Shown piece after piece: positions 25,922 through 38,800 of a stretch of DNA of 64,000 nucleotides (the stretch's first letter is position 1; each line of letters opens with the position of its first letter). The stretch covers positions 62,001 to 126,000 of the forward strand of contig JALMLS010000374.1 of the NCBI GenBank assembly GCA_038496445.1, written 5' to 3'. The notes under the pieces are model-generated. The model did no database searches. It had not been told where the DNA came from and saw nothing but the letters and a program-made list of their open reading frames with translations. Made by a program: the position numbers and the translations under genes. The stretch is from Trichosphaerium sp. ATCC 40318. Its lineage: Eukaryota > Protista > Tubulinea.

Positions 25922-26559
25922 ATGACAGACTCAACACCTGCTCAGTACAAAGGATCTTGTTTTTGCAAGGCAGTACAGTTTACTACCACTGGAAAACCGC
26001 TAATGTCTTGTTACTGCCACTGTACAATATGCCAGCGCATCACATGTTCACCATGCGAAATAGTTGTAAGACCCTGAAAAACAAAAAAAAAAGTTGAAAA
26101 CTTTTCGTATGTTTGAGTTTGGTTTAATTTTCTTTATTAGGCAATTTACGCTGGACAACAGTTTTCTATTACTAAAGGCGCTGAAAACATAGCCTATTTC
26201 AGTAGCTCCGAGAATTTACAAAGAGGACATTGTAAGACATGTGGAACACCTTGTGCTAGTAAACTAAAGTCGAAAGGTACTAGCTCGTTGATTTGGATCT
26301 AAGCTGAACAAAACTAGATGGTAATTTCATGTATACAGCCCAACTTCCTCTGTTTGAGGGTTATGTAGATGGTAAACTAGCTGATGAATTGAAACCGAAC
26401 ATGCATATCTGGTACGGCAATCGTGTTATCGATATCAAGGACGGTTTGTTAAAGTGGAAGGTACTTTTTTTTTTTCGAGTATTAACAATTGATGGTAACC
26501 TGGTTGCATAGGATATGCCAAAACAATTTGGTGGTTCTGGAGATAAAATTGAACATTAG
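25922..26559 (+). CDS. GFA/CENP-V (Mss4-like) zinc-binding protein, 4 exons
   Basis: YKGSCFCKAVQF, CYCHCTICQR, RGHCKTCGTP, KPNMHIWYGNRVIDIKDGLLKW. Confidence 0.9.
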
Positions 26560-26825
26560 GAAGGGTTGTAAGGGTAATACAAGTACAGTATCTGACAATA
26601 CGAATAAAATGAGAAGGGTTGGTGTCTGTTCCTTTTTTTTTGCGACCTTAATTTTCAAAACAAATCGTTTGTGGCTCAAAATACATGTATTTCTTTAAAG
26701 GTACAATTTTTCGGTATTGTCGCGATTTAGTAGTTTCGCACGGCGTCTCAATTCGTTTCAACAAAAAAAGTGGTTGATTTTTTGAGTTTAGTCAATAGCT
26801 ATTCCGCAATAAGTCACGTGTCACC

Positions 26826-28293
26826 ATGGATCGCGCAGAAGGTAATAAAAAACCGTTTGCTGCGGCGTATGATACAGTAAATCAAAGGTAAACGTTTTTG
26901 TTGATTTTATCGTTCTAAAACAATTTATAGCACTCAAAAAACATTACTGGACATGCCTACTGAGATTATAGCGACTATTTTAAGTCATACAACCAAATCT
27001 CGATTTGCAGCTTGTCAGACATGTCATATCCTTTCTTCTATCATTCACGACATTATCGGATACCACAGTATACGTATAACAACTGAAAATCACGTGAAAC
27101 AAGTTGTACAGCATTGTGGAATTATGAAACACACAAGGATCGATTTAGTAGATAATAAAGCTTTTGGGTTTCCTTCTGACAAGATTGTGGAACAATTTGC
27201 AGGAGTTCATACAATTGCCTTGAGGGGTTGTCGACTTACAGACAAAGTAATGATATATTTGGCCGGAGTTCATACAATTGACCTGTTTTGGGCATCAGTG
27301 ACAGATGAAGGAGTGAAAGCACTCAAAGGCGTTCATACTATTAACCTTTCTTGCACATCAGTGACAGATGAAGGAGTGAAAGCACTCAAAGGTGTTCATA
27401 CTATTGACCTTTGCTACACATCAGTGACAGATGAAGGAGTGAAAGCACTCAAAGGCGTTCATACTATTAACCTTTCTTGCACATCAGTGACAGATGAAGG
27501 AGTCAAAGCACTCAAAGGCGTTCATACTATTGACCTTTCTAAGATCTTAGTGACAGATGAAGGAGTGAAAGCACTCAAAGGTGTTCATACTATTAACCTT
27601 TCTTGCACATCAGTGACAGATGAAGGAGTCAAAGCACTCAAAGGTGTTCATACTATTAACCTTTGCTACACATCAGTGACAGATGAAGGAGTCAAAGCAC
27701 TCATTGGTGTACATACTATTCAACTTTCTTGCACACCTGTAACAGATGAAGGAGTGACAGCACTTGCCGGAGTTCATACAATTGACTTGAGCTATACTAA
27801 AGTGACTGATAAAGGATTTACAGCACTTATTGGCGTTCATACTATTAACCTTTGTCGGACTGCAGTGTCAGATGAAGCACTCCAAAGTCTTGTTGGTGTA
27901 CACACAATTGACCTAAAGAGTTGCAGTATTACAGTTGAAGGAATCAAAGCACTCAAAGACGTTCATGAGATTAGTCTTTCTTTTCCAAAAGACTCATGGC
28001 TTAAACATCTTTGCAATGTACACACTATCTATATTTCCCACGGGAGATATATAACAGATGATGGAATTAAATCATTGACCAATGTCAAATGCCTTGAGCT
28101 TCACAATTTCTCTAATATAACAGACTTGGGCTTTAAGACATTGGTCAACCTTGAGCACCTCACCATGGATTACTGTCCACAGATTACAAATGGTTGCTTG
28201 AAGCACTTACCATCTTTAAAATATGTTAAAGGATTGAGAAATACCAAAGTTACACAAGAAGCTGTTGAGTCATTGGGTATTGTGCCTCTATAA
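26826..28293 (+). CDS. F-box/LRR protein, copy D, with internal 63-bp tandem repeats (intron 26888-26930)
   Basis: LLDMPTEIIATILSH...QTCHIL F-box, followed by near-identical GVHTI(N/D)LxxTSVTDEGVKALK units. Confidence 0.9.
27265..27900 (+). repeat. About ten 63-bp coding tandem repeats (21-aa LRR units)
   Basis: Recurrent gg(c/t)gttcatactatt(a/g)acctt......acatcagtgacagatgaaggagt(g/c)aaagcactcaaa. Confidence 0.92.
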
Positions 28294-28809
28294 ACGAGTT
28301 CATATATTAGAATTAGCTAAATAAATAGGCAATTTATAAGCCATTGTAAAGTTGTTTTGTTATTTTACAATTTTCTAACTTTTGGATTGTTGAGAGCGAC
28401 GGCATTCCCAAATCGTATTCTTTTCAAGTGTATGCTATAAATAGCTTCTCAACTTATTATGACATAGGTAATAGACCTGCATTTGGAAACGGTTGACTAG
28501 TTGGCCAGGCATAAAAGTAGAAGTCGTTGTACTACCACTCACAACGAACATGTCTCGTTATCTTTTTCCACAACAAGTTCTTTGTAAGATGTACGATAAG
28601 TATCGATGTGATAGCTTTGATACGGTAAAGCTGTGCTCACAAAGCCCCGAAAAACTATTTTAAGAGCTTGGAGAAACGGAATATCTTTTCTCTCTGCTTT
28701 CGAAATATATTACGATTGATTTTCAGTGCTTAATCACATCTTCTCCCTCAAAGTGATTATATCATTGTCATTGACGATTATTATTATGTATAAGTAAAGA
28801 TGAACCAAC

Positions 28810-29170
28810 GGCAAATCTGCTCTGGTAGACATACTAGTGGCAAAAGGTCAGAATGGCAATTTATCATTTCTCAATTACTTCTTTTGGTGTCTTTACTACT
28901 GAGTTGTTTGTAAGCCTAGTCAACAATGTCTGAGAAACTATTTTAGATACAGCTTTAAGAGGTAAAACTCGTGGTGTATATATATAAAGAAGTACCTTCA
29001 ATTCAACCAATTGTACAAACGGTAAAAGCAAAAAATACAATGTGCCAGTGCCTTACGATGGCAAGCAGATTGAATCAAACGCCATACAGGTGAATCAAGA
29101 CTCAACGAAGATTGTATATGGTTGCTTCACAAGACAGTGGCCTATATATCAACTGAATACAACACCTCAT
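28810..29170 (+). pseudogene. Possible decayed F-box gene remnant
   Basis: Broken frame ...LVDILV...LSFLNY...*VVCK...*NSWCIYIKKYLQFNQLYKR*K resembles an F-box plus the W..Y...W linker, with several stops. Confidence 0.3.
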
Positions 29171-29807
29171 GACTGAAGTAACTAAAGATGCTCTTTTCTT
29201 CTTGTATCTACATTTTAAAAGATTTCACTTGCCAATGCTGTTTGCATTTGGCAGACGTTTCACGTACACCTGGCCAGGCGTTCACCAAACTACGCTCATG
29301 TTGAGTTTGAGCCACTTCAACATTAATTTTTTATTCAAATCTGTCTAGTTACATAGTACCTATTATTGTTTTGACAAAGGTGAGTTGTACCATTGTCGGA
29401 ATATTTTTTTTTTATTTGAAAAACACAATTGAAACATAATGAGTGGCGATGTATATCCACCAAATGGAGAATTAATTCTGGCCATACCAATATATTATTT
29501 CTGTAATAAATGGTGATGTGTGGCCTTGAAAACTTTTCACTGCATAGCAGTGACGTATTATGTAAAAGTCATAAATACCAGAAATATGTTCTTATTTTTT
29601 TCCACAAAACGAACAACCTTCTTGTCCAACCAACCAAACCACCTTTATATTCCCGAAAATAAAAACCCTCACCTATATGCTCCTACCAGAATCTTCTAAG
29701 AATAAGAAAACAGCCTTGAGATTTGCGAAAACTCGCAGTTTTCATCAAAACGTTAAGAGAAACTGCAACGTAGCTAAACTACCTAAAAACGTAAAACAAA
29801 CAACAAG

Positions 29808-30778
29808 ATGACAACAACAGTACCTGGTAAACCTACAACACGCTTCGAGGATATAGATTGGCTACCTAAACCGAATTTTTTGCAAACATACGTCTCAGAA
29901 ACACTCCCAGACTTTCCAGACTTGTTTTTCGCTGGTTTTACGTTTGTTTTCGACACTGAAGGCAAAATGCTGTTAACAAAGCTTAAACAACGAGGTAATC
30001 AACTAATAACACCCAATGACGCTCTAATTACCCTCTAAAATAGGCTGGGACTTGCCTGGGGGTAAAATAGAAGATCAGGACAAAGTTAAAGGTAAACCCT
30101 TTCAAGAGTGGCTAAAAACCACTGCAATACGTGGTGCGTATTTAAATAACACATAAAATACCTGCAGAATGGTCTTAAAATATGCTAGAAACAAAAGAGG
30201 AAACAGGTGTAGATATCAAAGATTTGAAGCTTGTTGGATATCGTCACATACATTGCAAAGAACAAACATACTCAAAAAAGGGTTACAAGTATCCTTCTCC
30301 AGGTCACGTGATAAACATGTTTACCTTTTTTTTTTTTTTTTTTTGCAAGTACTCCAGATGGCCTGTCGGTTTAAGTCAAAACAAGGCTGCAAGTGATTTT
30401 CAGCTGGCAGAAACGTTACACCAGAGTAACTATTAACAACTTCTCACAACCTAGCACGCCCTGTGTAGTATGAGCATAGGCAGAACCAGTACTGTTGTAA
30501 CGTTCATTGAACTTCGAAACGAACCGACAAGCTTTGTTTTCTGTTTGATACGAAATCTGTTATTGCTTTCTGACACTTGTTCTTTAGACTCTTATTTGAC
30601 TTACTATTATGCTCTTGTGGATAAAATAAATCCATTGATGATAGAAGGACAAGAGAATGGAGCAGTAGAAAGAGGTTTTTTTGCTCCCGAAGATATACGT
30701 AAGATGCCTGTTGTACAAGAATCTCATCCTTCTATTTATGAACGTGCTTTGGTGCTTCATAAATTGCATTGTTCTTAG
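29808..30778 (+). CDS. NUDIX hydrolase, 4 exons
   Basis: FVFDTEGKMLLTKLKQR|GWDLPGGKIE...AIR|ETKEETGV...GYKYPSP|DSYLTYY. Confidence 0.88.
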
Positions 30779-31452
30779 AAATAAAACTAAACAACTAATA
30801 AACGTTTTCTCCTTGATTTTGCACGAGTTTATTATTTGACAAATGTAATCTCATGCCTCACACTTTAATTCTTGTCTTTGTTCCTTCTAGCAAACACTGT
30901 TGACTCGCAATTACTTTTAGTTGGACATCAATACTCCAAAGGGAATCTATATTAGTTGTCACGCAAGACAGATAGTACCTTAGTACGTCTGCTTGTGTTT
31001 CTAGTGAATGTCTTGTTAGGTCAATAAAAGTAGTATCTCGTGGAATTTACATGATCGCGACTCAGTGTTCATTTACTCGGAATACCCACCTCATATAGTT
31101 ATTTAAAAATTAGAGCTAAAAAAAAGCCATGCCTAGGGATGTCAGAAATTTGCGTTATAATACTGTCAAGTTCGCTTGAAATACATGCCTGGTGGCTATT
31201 TATTCATAGTTTTGTACATTCAACATAACATTGCATCACATGGGAGAGGCAGGATAGAACAAGCGGAATATTGCGTAGCTTGTAGTTAAGTCATCATATC
31301 TGATGCTTGATTAGGCTGCCATTGTCAAAGTATACATTACTACCAACGCTGCATTTCTTGTATGTATTTACAATGTACAACATTATGAATCCCAAACACT
31401 TCAGTCTACTTCTGGTGGAAGTCTTAATATTCTTTTTTATGGTGCTTTATCA

Positions 31453-34230
31453 CTAGGCCATTGACTGTACAGGGAACATCATATTGGACTTTGCAGATTC
31501 TAAACAACTTTGTAAACAAAATGATTTGTTTTGAGATGTGCTTAAACTTGCGTACCACCTATTGACAAGCGAATATGTTGTGCCATGTCATCTGTGAGTA
31601 AGGGCTCAACTCTCTTAATTGATAATACTTCACTTAGTTCAGGTTTAAAGTAAACCAAAGTAGAAGCTAACGCTTCATCATTTCCTTCCCTGTAATTGGT
31701 ATTAAACTTTTTTAAAGGCGTATTTTCTTGCTCTTATGATTGCATGATGTAGTGATAACGTACCACCAAAATGGAATCGGAACAAGGGTTATACCTATTT
31801 GGTAATGTTAGAACACAGTAAATGAAGAAAAAAAAACATTGTAATGTGAGATACAAAGGCATTCTTTGTTGGCTTACCGTTTTCTTGACATACTCTTACT
31901 TTCTCATTATCTCTTGCTTCATAAAGAGAAGCTGGACCAAATCTATTTACCAAGTCATCATAATGCTGTCTTCCTTGATACTCAACTGCTAAACTTAAAG
32001 CAGGAACAAAGACATCAAGAGTAACTTCCTTTCCAGAAGAAGGCATGTTCAACCCTGGAGAATGTTCTTCCAAGACTTTGAAAGAAGGTAGTATATTCTT
32101 CATACTCAATACCATAACCCTAAAACAAAAAAAACATCAGAAGATCAAAAAACACGTGAGCAAAGCAGGAACTTTTGTTGCCCAAAAATATAGGCTCTCT
32201 TTATAGCATATCTCGGTATGTGCTGTGAGTGTTACAGGTTGTGTTAAACATGTGGTTTTACGAATTGTTTAGAACAGTAATTTAGCTATAATAGCAGCAG
32301 TTGTATCAATAAATCTTTGTGAAACAAAAAAAAAAACCCAAGAAGGGTAAAAAATAGACGTGCCTTTGCATTGACTTTTTTTCTCTTTTAAGTAGTCCAG
32401 ATAGGTCATTATCTGGGTATAACTGTAAAAGAATATCTGGCCAATACACCATAAACCCACCGCCTCCGTTTTCTACAATCTGATGTGTTGCGATTCTGTT
32501 CCATTCTTCAACTTTTTTTATACTCAATAATTTCTCCATTGACATAACAAAAGATACAATGTTCTCTGTGTTCCTCCAAAAGTGTCTTGACGCTCCTACC
32601 TTAAAATCAAACCCAAGAAGTACTAAACGTGCACTCACTTAGCCTTGTATTATCCCAATCATAGTCTGGGTACACAGTTGTTAAAAGTCTCGATATAGAA
32701 CCAGAGTACTGACTAATAAAAAGTATCAGAATCAATACTTTTTTTTGAATTTCGTACTTTGTAAGCATTCCATGTCCTCCAGACTCAATCACTTCTGTAT
32801 GTGTTATACTATACCAATCGCTTATCGTATTGATAGAGTACTTCCCTTCCATCTTTGGGTAGACCGTGTTAGTAACATAAATAGAAAATAAGCTATGTAC
32901 ATAAACAATCCAATCAAGTCGATGTTCTTCAACATGCCAAAACTTTGAAGCACATTTCTCTACCATTAGTTACATTTTATAATACACACGCATATGCAAT
33001 CTAACAAACACACATACTGAATAGCCACGGTTGCCATTTGTACATTGGATAGAAGTATTTTAAAAACTGTAAAAGTGAAGAGTTATGTCTAAGCCAAAGT
33101 TAAGTCAAGAGTACATCTATGTTACTACCTACCGTCCTAAATATCCTGCACCGCCAAGAAAAGAAATAGAGTTATAGCTTGTTTTATACCAATCGTTAAT
33201 TTCATGTATTCCTAATTGCTCCTCTGCCTTGTAAAAAAAATCAAACAAATGCAGAAAAAAATAAGAAAGGAGAACATACGTATCTTAGAAATGCGTCTGC
33301 TCTTCCAATTTCTTCCCAGAAGCTTGGGTATCCACCTCGTGCTACACGTAAAGTTATTTTTTTTGGGTAAACTATTCGCGTATTTGTGGTAAGGTACATA
33401 CGAAAAAGCCACATCTTCCAAGGAAAATCAGGATAGCAATAACGAAGAAGTCCAAATAACTTTTTATCATAACGCCTATAAACAGGATATCGATTAAAAA
33501 ATACACTACACTTTTGTGTATTCACATACATAACAAGTGATTCAAATGCAGGACCAAGACGTCTGAAATCATCAGTTTGATATTTATACCAATCTTTAAT
33601 ATTTTTTATGTCAAACTTTTCTTCTGCCTAAAAAAATCAAACACTTTCTTCCTTAGTTGAAACAAAACCGACAATTTTGTATCTTCAAAAAATACGTACT
33701 TTAATAAATACAACACGGTGATTATCAAGATTTTTCCAGAACGAAGGGCGGGGTTGCTCTTTTTACGTGAAATTGAGTCAAAACGGAAAGAAAAAAAAAA
33801 TACAAAAAAATGAAGATGTCGAGCCATGTTTTGTTTGATTTGCTTTGTACCTGTTGTAAAAAGCCACTGATGCCACTGGTGATTTGGCCAGACATCTTTT
33901 AATAACTCGTGAAGGGAATGTGAATAGTTTCTTTGACTTGTTAGTTAAATATCGTTTTATGTATCGTATACGCATAAGTTTACGTGTACCTAAGTAATTT
34001 AGCGCCGCCAGCGAGAAGAATGTCATTGCAGCTTAAATTGTACCAACCGTCTAGATTAGTTATATTATGGCTTTTTTGCACCTTTAGAAACGCGTCAGAG
34101 TAACATAATCGCACTTTACACAAAACCCGTTTACCTCAATCAAAAACTGTTTCCGACGCTCGTGAGCTCTCCAATATTGCTGTTTCAAGTCTGCATAATG
34201 TTCTTTGTTAAACAATCGTTTAACGACCAT
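31453..34230 (-). CDS. Five ~70-aa FW...DWY...GG...YP..W repeats plus C-terminal PD-(D/E)XK/DUF559-like endonuclease domain (start approximate)
   Basis: Hand-spliced repeats such as KFWHVEEHRLDWIVYMEGKYSINTISDWYSITHTEVIESGGHGMLTK, followed by TLDVFVPALSLAVEYQGRQHY...RDNEKVRVCQENGITLVPIPFWW. Confidence 0.8.
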
Positions 34231-34394
34231 GAAACGCTCGATAGTCGTATGATGACCTCTTTGAATATACTACCCAAGCGCTACAAACTATAAAACAGTC
34301 ACCCCATGGTGTAGGTCTTAACTGTAGGCACAGACTTAATACATTAAAATTTTATTCAAGAATGCACCTTTTACGAGAGCCAAAAAGTATGTGT

Positions 34395-35794
34395 ATGCTA
34401 AATACATCAGCAGAGCTACCAGAGTATGTTTTTTTCGCATAATACGTCACGTGGTTTTTAGTTATGATTTTTGTATCATCTCGATAGCTAATCGTATTAC
34501 TAGGTCATCAGAACTGCTTTACTTGCCAATAGAAATTATATTTTGTATTCTGGCGTTTTTGGGCAAGAAATGCCGTATATCTGCCACGTTTGTTTGTAAA
34601 CTCTTTTCTACAATCATTTTAACGCATTTGGGATATTTAACGGTGACTGTCAAGTCAAGAGAAAATCTAGTCACGCTGTGTGGAAGTCCTCTTTTGAAAA
34701 ATACTAAAATAGTTATTGATGGTATTCTAATAATGACTAATGATGACTTTGAAAATCTCTCTGGTGTCCATCACCTTGAAATAAATGGTGCTGTACTACT
34801 AACAGATGCTATGCTAGAACATATTTCAGGTGTACATCATCTGGACCTAGAGATTGAACGTGAAAGTGAATGCAGTTTTAAATCACTTCATGGTATTCAT
34901 ACACTAACTACAAAATGGTATTGTAAAGATAAATGGCTTCAAGAACTTGCTGGTATCCATACAATTGATGTTACAGGTGCGAAAATAACAGATAAAGGAC
35001 TTTCAGCACTCTCTGGGGTTCACACTATTAATTTAGACTGGTGTAAAAACATCAGTGACAAAGGTGTCATTGCCATTGCAGGTAGTGTACACAAGATAAA
35101 GCTTGACCACTGTTGTATTACAGATAAAAGTGTAAGAGCACTAACAAATGCAACTGAAATATCTCTTGGTGGGTGTAAACTCATTACAGATGAAGGAGTA
35201 AAGTATCTGCTAACACAAAATCAAACAACAAACAAAATCAAAAAAATTAATCTTGATGGCTGTACTCAAATATCAAACAATGTGTTGCAACTTTTGGCTG
35301 GTATACCTTGTATTGAGATGCGCAGTTGTAAACAAGTAACAGATGATACTCTATCATGCTTGGTAGGAGTACGTCATATTGACTTGTATGGCTGTGTATC
35401 TGTAACAAATGATGGGATAAAACAATTGGCAGGTGTAAAAGTCATTGATATTTCGTATCTTGATTGTGTTAATGATACTACTTTGAAGGCACTTGCTGGA
35501 GTACATACAATCATTCTTGATTATACATCTGTAACAGATGAAGGTTTAAGATACTTGGTTGGTGTTAAAGTCATAAGTCTTTACAATTGTAACCACATAA
35601 CAGATAAAGGAGTGAACAGTCTTATTGGTGTTAAGCAATTAGATCTAGCACACTGCTCACAAATCACAGATAATGGAATTGTCAATTTAACAAGCCTAGA
35701 TTACCTTTGGTTTGAGGGTACTCAAATACCAAAGAAAGCAGCTGTTTCTCTAGGCCTCAAACTTGTCGAAAAGCAATTGTGGCCTGATTTTTAA
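34395..35794 (+). CDS. F-box/LRR protein, copy B (intron 34424-34503)
   Basis: MLNTSAELPE|SSELLYLPIEIIFCILAFL. The body is a close paralogue of copy A. Confidence 0.9.
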
Positions 35795-35884
35795 CATATA
35801 AAGACATCTAGTTCTTATAAATACATAACACATTCAACAAGTACAAGTTTTGTTCATTCAACTTACAAGATTGAAACACAACTG

Positions 35885-38800
35885 TCATAAATTTCCACTA
35901 ACCCAATACTGAAGACCAGTACAGGCACCTACTGGAATTGTTGATTGTAATGTTGTTCTTCTTTTTTTCGGTTGCTTCTTATTGTTCCTTTTTTGTTTTT
36001 TCTTTGGTCTTCTTGGCCTTCTATCTCCTTGTCTCTTCTTCAAAGACTCGACTTCTTTACGCAACTTAAGAACCTCTTTCCATAACATATCTCTTGTCAT
36101 ATTATCAGGTACAGGAGGATCTTCAAGTTGATTTCTAAAAAAAAGAAAAAAATGAGAACAAAACAAGACAGGATAATTCCTCTCGTACCTTCTATTTTCT
36201 TTTGTCTTCTCGACTGTATCTATGTTAGATTCCATACTGCCGTTTGCATCAACAGAACGACTTTTAGCCATATTTTGTTCATGCACAGTATTGATAGCTT
36301 CTATGGCTGCTTTAAGTCTTGAGAACTGGTAAAGAACTTTTGACGAGTATGGATTAGATGATAACCATGTTCTGCATCTCTCTACAGTTTCATTTGCTTT
36401 TCTACTATCGAAATACGATAAATTCTCTACAAAACAAATAAGAATTGATGTCATCAATACGAAGGATTGCAGTACCTGCGATTTCAGGTACTCGTAACGT
36501 TGATTCTACCTTTTGAACTAAAAGTTCAAAGGATGAACGTGAGATGTCTCCTGGTACTTCTATAAGTGGTTTATCATCAATGTTGTCATCACCACTTTTT
36601 CTGGTGGCGAATATGACATATCTTGGAAGAACTTGACTCTCTTGAACAGTATTAGAATGAAAGTCATCCACCACTACAAAAACCAAAAAAAAGTAAAAAA
36701 TACCTTGAAAAACTACTAGTTCATCATATGGTCCTCTGGTGTTCGGCATACCCTCTTTATCAACTATTATACAATATTAATCATGTGGATTTATAACCTA
36801 ATATATTGGATACCCGTAACATAATGACTCTGATAACCTAGTCTGACAGGCTGTCCTACAATAAAAAATCAGTTTTTATCTTCACATTCATAGTTGTCTT
36901 TGTTGCTAACAAATTCTTTGAATTGCTGTGTTGTAGGTTCAAGAAATACCATGAAATCTGAGCTTGTTTGGAAGAATTGTATACATACCTTGAATGGAAT
37001 CTTTACCATGAGGATGCTCAACAACAGGAAGAGTACTACCAGGAACTACATAGCTAACAATAAATACTTGCTCTTCCGCTTCTTCTTCTTCAAAATTTTC
37101 GCTATAACCAGCTGCATAAGGTACATGTGTTGTAAAGTACATTCCCCTAAAAAGTAGATTAATACTTGAAATAACAACTGTGTACAGAAAACAAACTTCT
37201 CGTTTAGTTCTTTTTTGAATACCTTCCGTAGAATCCAGCATTTAACCTTGCCAATGAACTGAACCCTCCACTACAAATACTCCATACTGCTTCTTTATTT
37301 GTACCATGGACAGTAGGAACAACAGTGACCTGAAACGTTGATAAGTCAATGTAAAAAAATACACTAAGTAAGCTTACTTCTCTTCCAGCGTTCCAAGTGA
37401 ACTGATTTGAGAACTTTCCTAGTCTATTGAGTGTATGATCTCGTTCTTTTCTCTTGGGAAGATCGACCCAATCACCTCTTTTAAATAGGTGCGGCGTAGC
37501 ATCGAACTTGTGTCGAAGTTTTTCCAGCTCTGAAGTGAAAGCGTTTTCTAGTCCAGTATTTTCAACAACGAAAACTTTTTTTACTTCAAAGTTTTGACCA
37601 CCAAGCTTTTCACAAAATAAGTCTTTCGCAATAGCATATTCTACACCCTCAGGTTTCTTTAGAAACCTAAGTAAATAACATAAGTTTCACGTGATAAAAT
37701 TTATAAGGAGGTAGAAAATGCTGTTTGTATTGTTTACCTGTTTGGTTCAATCTCTTTTTTCTTTGGAGGGTATCGGCCTGATGCTATTGGCTCCCATTTC
37801 CCTGATGATATAAGGTCCTTAGGAATATGCCAAGGTTGTTCTACGCTCCGTAAAAGAGCTAAAGAGTGCATTGTGCCAGCAGAAACATCAGTAAACGAAA
37901 CGTCAGAATAACCTTAAGAAAACACGTGTTAACAACAAATCAACAAAAAAACGAGCTATACCATCCATCTTTGTTAACGTTGCTTTTGAACTTAAAGTCC
38001 CTGCCAGTTTTGAAAACCCAACTGAATATAATTCACCAGCTTCTAAGTATAAGAGTGAGTACTATCGTAGCTACAAATTTAGTTCAAAAAAAAAAAACAA
38101 GAAGAACCTGTAAGCGCAAGAGCGTGTCTCCAACCAGCTGCAATTTTAGTAAATTTTAAGCCCTTCCCTTCAAGCTTATTCAAGCATATATCATATCCTC
38201 TAAAAGTTAGCCTATTCTCACAATCCTCAAGCTGTCCATGGTTCCAAGAAAATAATCTACCATCAACAGAAAGAGCAATAATATGTCCATCACATGCATC
38301 TAACATTTCGAATTGAATATTTTTTGCTTCTTTCATAGCAGCAGGTTTTGATCCATGTCTCCACGAGTACAAATACCCCTTGTCTAAACATCAGTGAGTA
38401 AAACACGAGACTTTAAGTTACTCTCCAGAGCAACACTATTCAAAAAACAGAAAAAAAAAACAGGTAAGTACCTGTCATTGCAACACCAATGTAATTGCTA
38501 AGAGCGACTTGAATAAACTTATTCTTAGAAATACTTAGTTTTTTTGGCTCAACAACAGGCGATGACCACTCGCCCCACACCCATAATCCACCGTTTACTA
38601 CAAATATAATCAACTCAAGCACTAGAGCTATAAATCGTATTTCTATTGAACGCACCATCCAATGCAGCACTACGAGAACTTCCTGCTACAACTTTTTTGA
38701 ATATTACACCACGTGGTGTTTGTATTGGTACAGGAGTAAGACTATAAGATTTATCCTTTCCTACACCAAGACATCCAGTGCTACCATCATAACCAAAAGA

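Noticed and set aside
27265-27900. Regular repeats with short variable inserts, superficially CRISPR-like
   Set aside because: Units are 63 bp, in frame and encode LRRs. The variable parts are only a few codons, there are no cas genes, and the context is eukaryotic.
28400-28620. Minus-strand open stretch with one in-frame TGA (selenocysteine or recoding?)
   Set aside because: No redox motif, SECIS or gene start is evident. TGA is a normal stop in intact genes here, so pseudogene decay is simpler.
30360-30532. Hammerhead ribozyme suggested by CGAAAC next to a stem
   Set aside because: No CTGANGA core is present.
36765-36812. Second U12 intron candidate (minus-strand donor GTATCCAA) in the PARP-fusion gene
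   Set aside because: The donor deviates at +7/+8 and there is no TCCTTAAC-like branch site; treated as U2-type.
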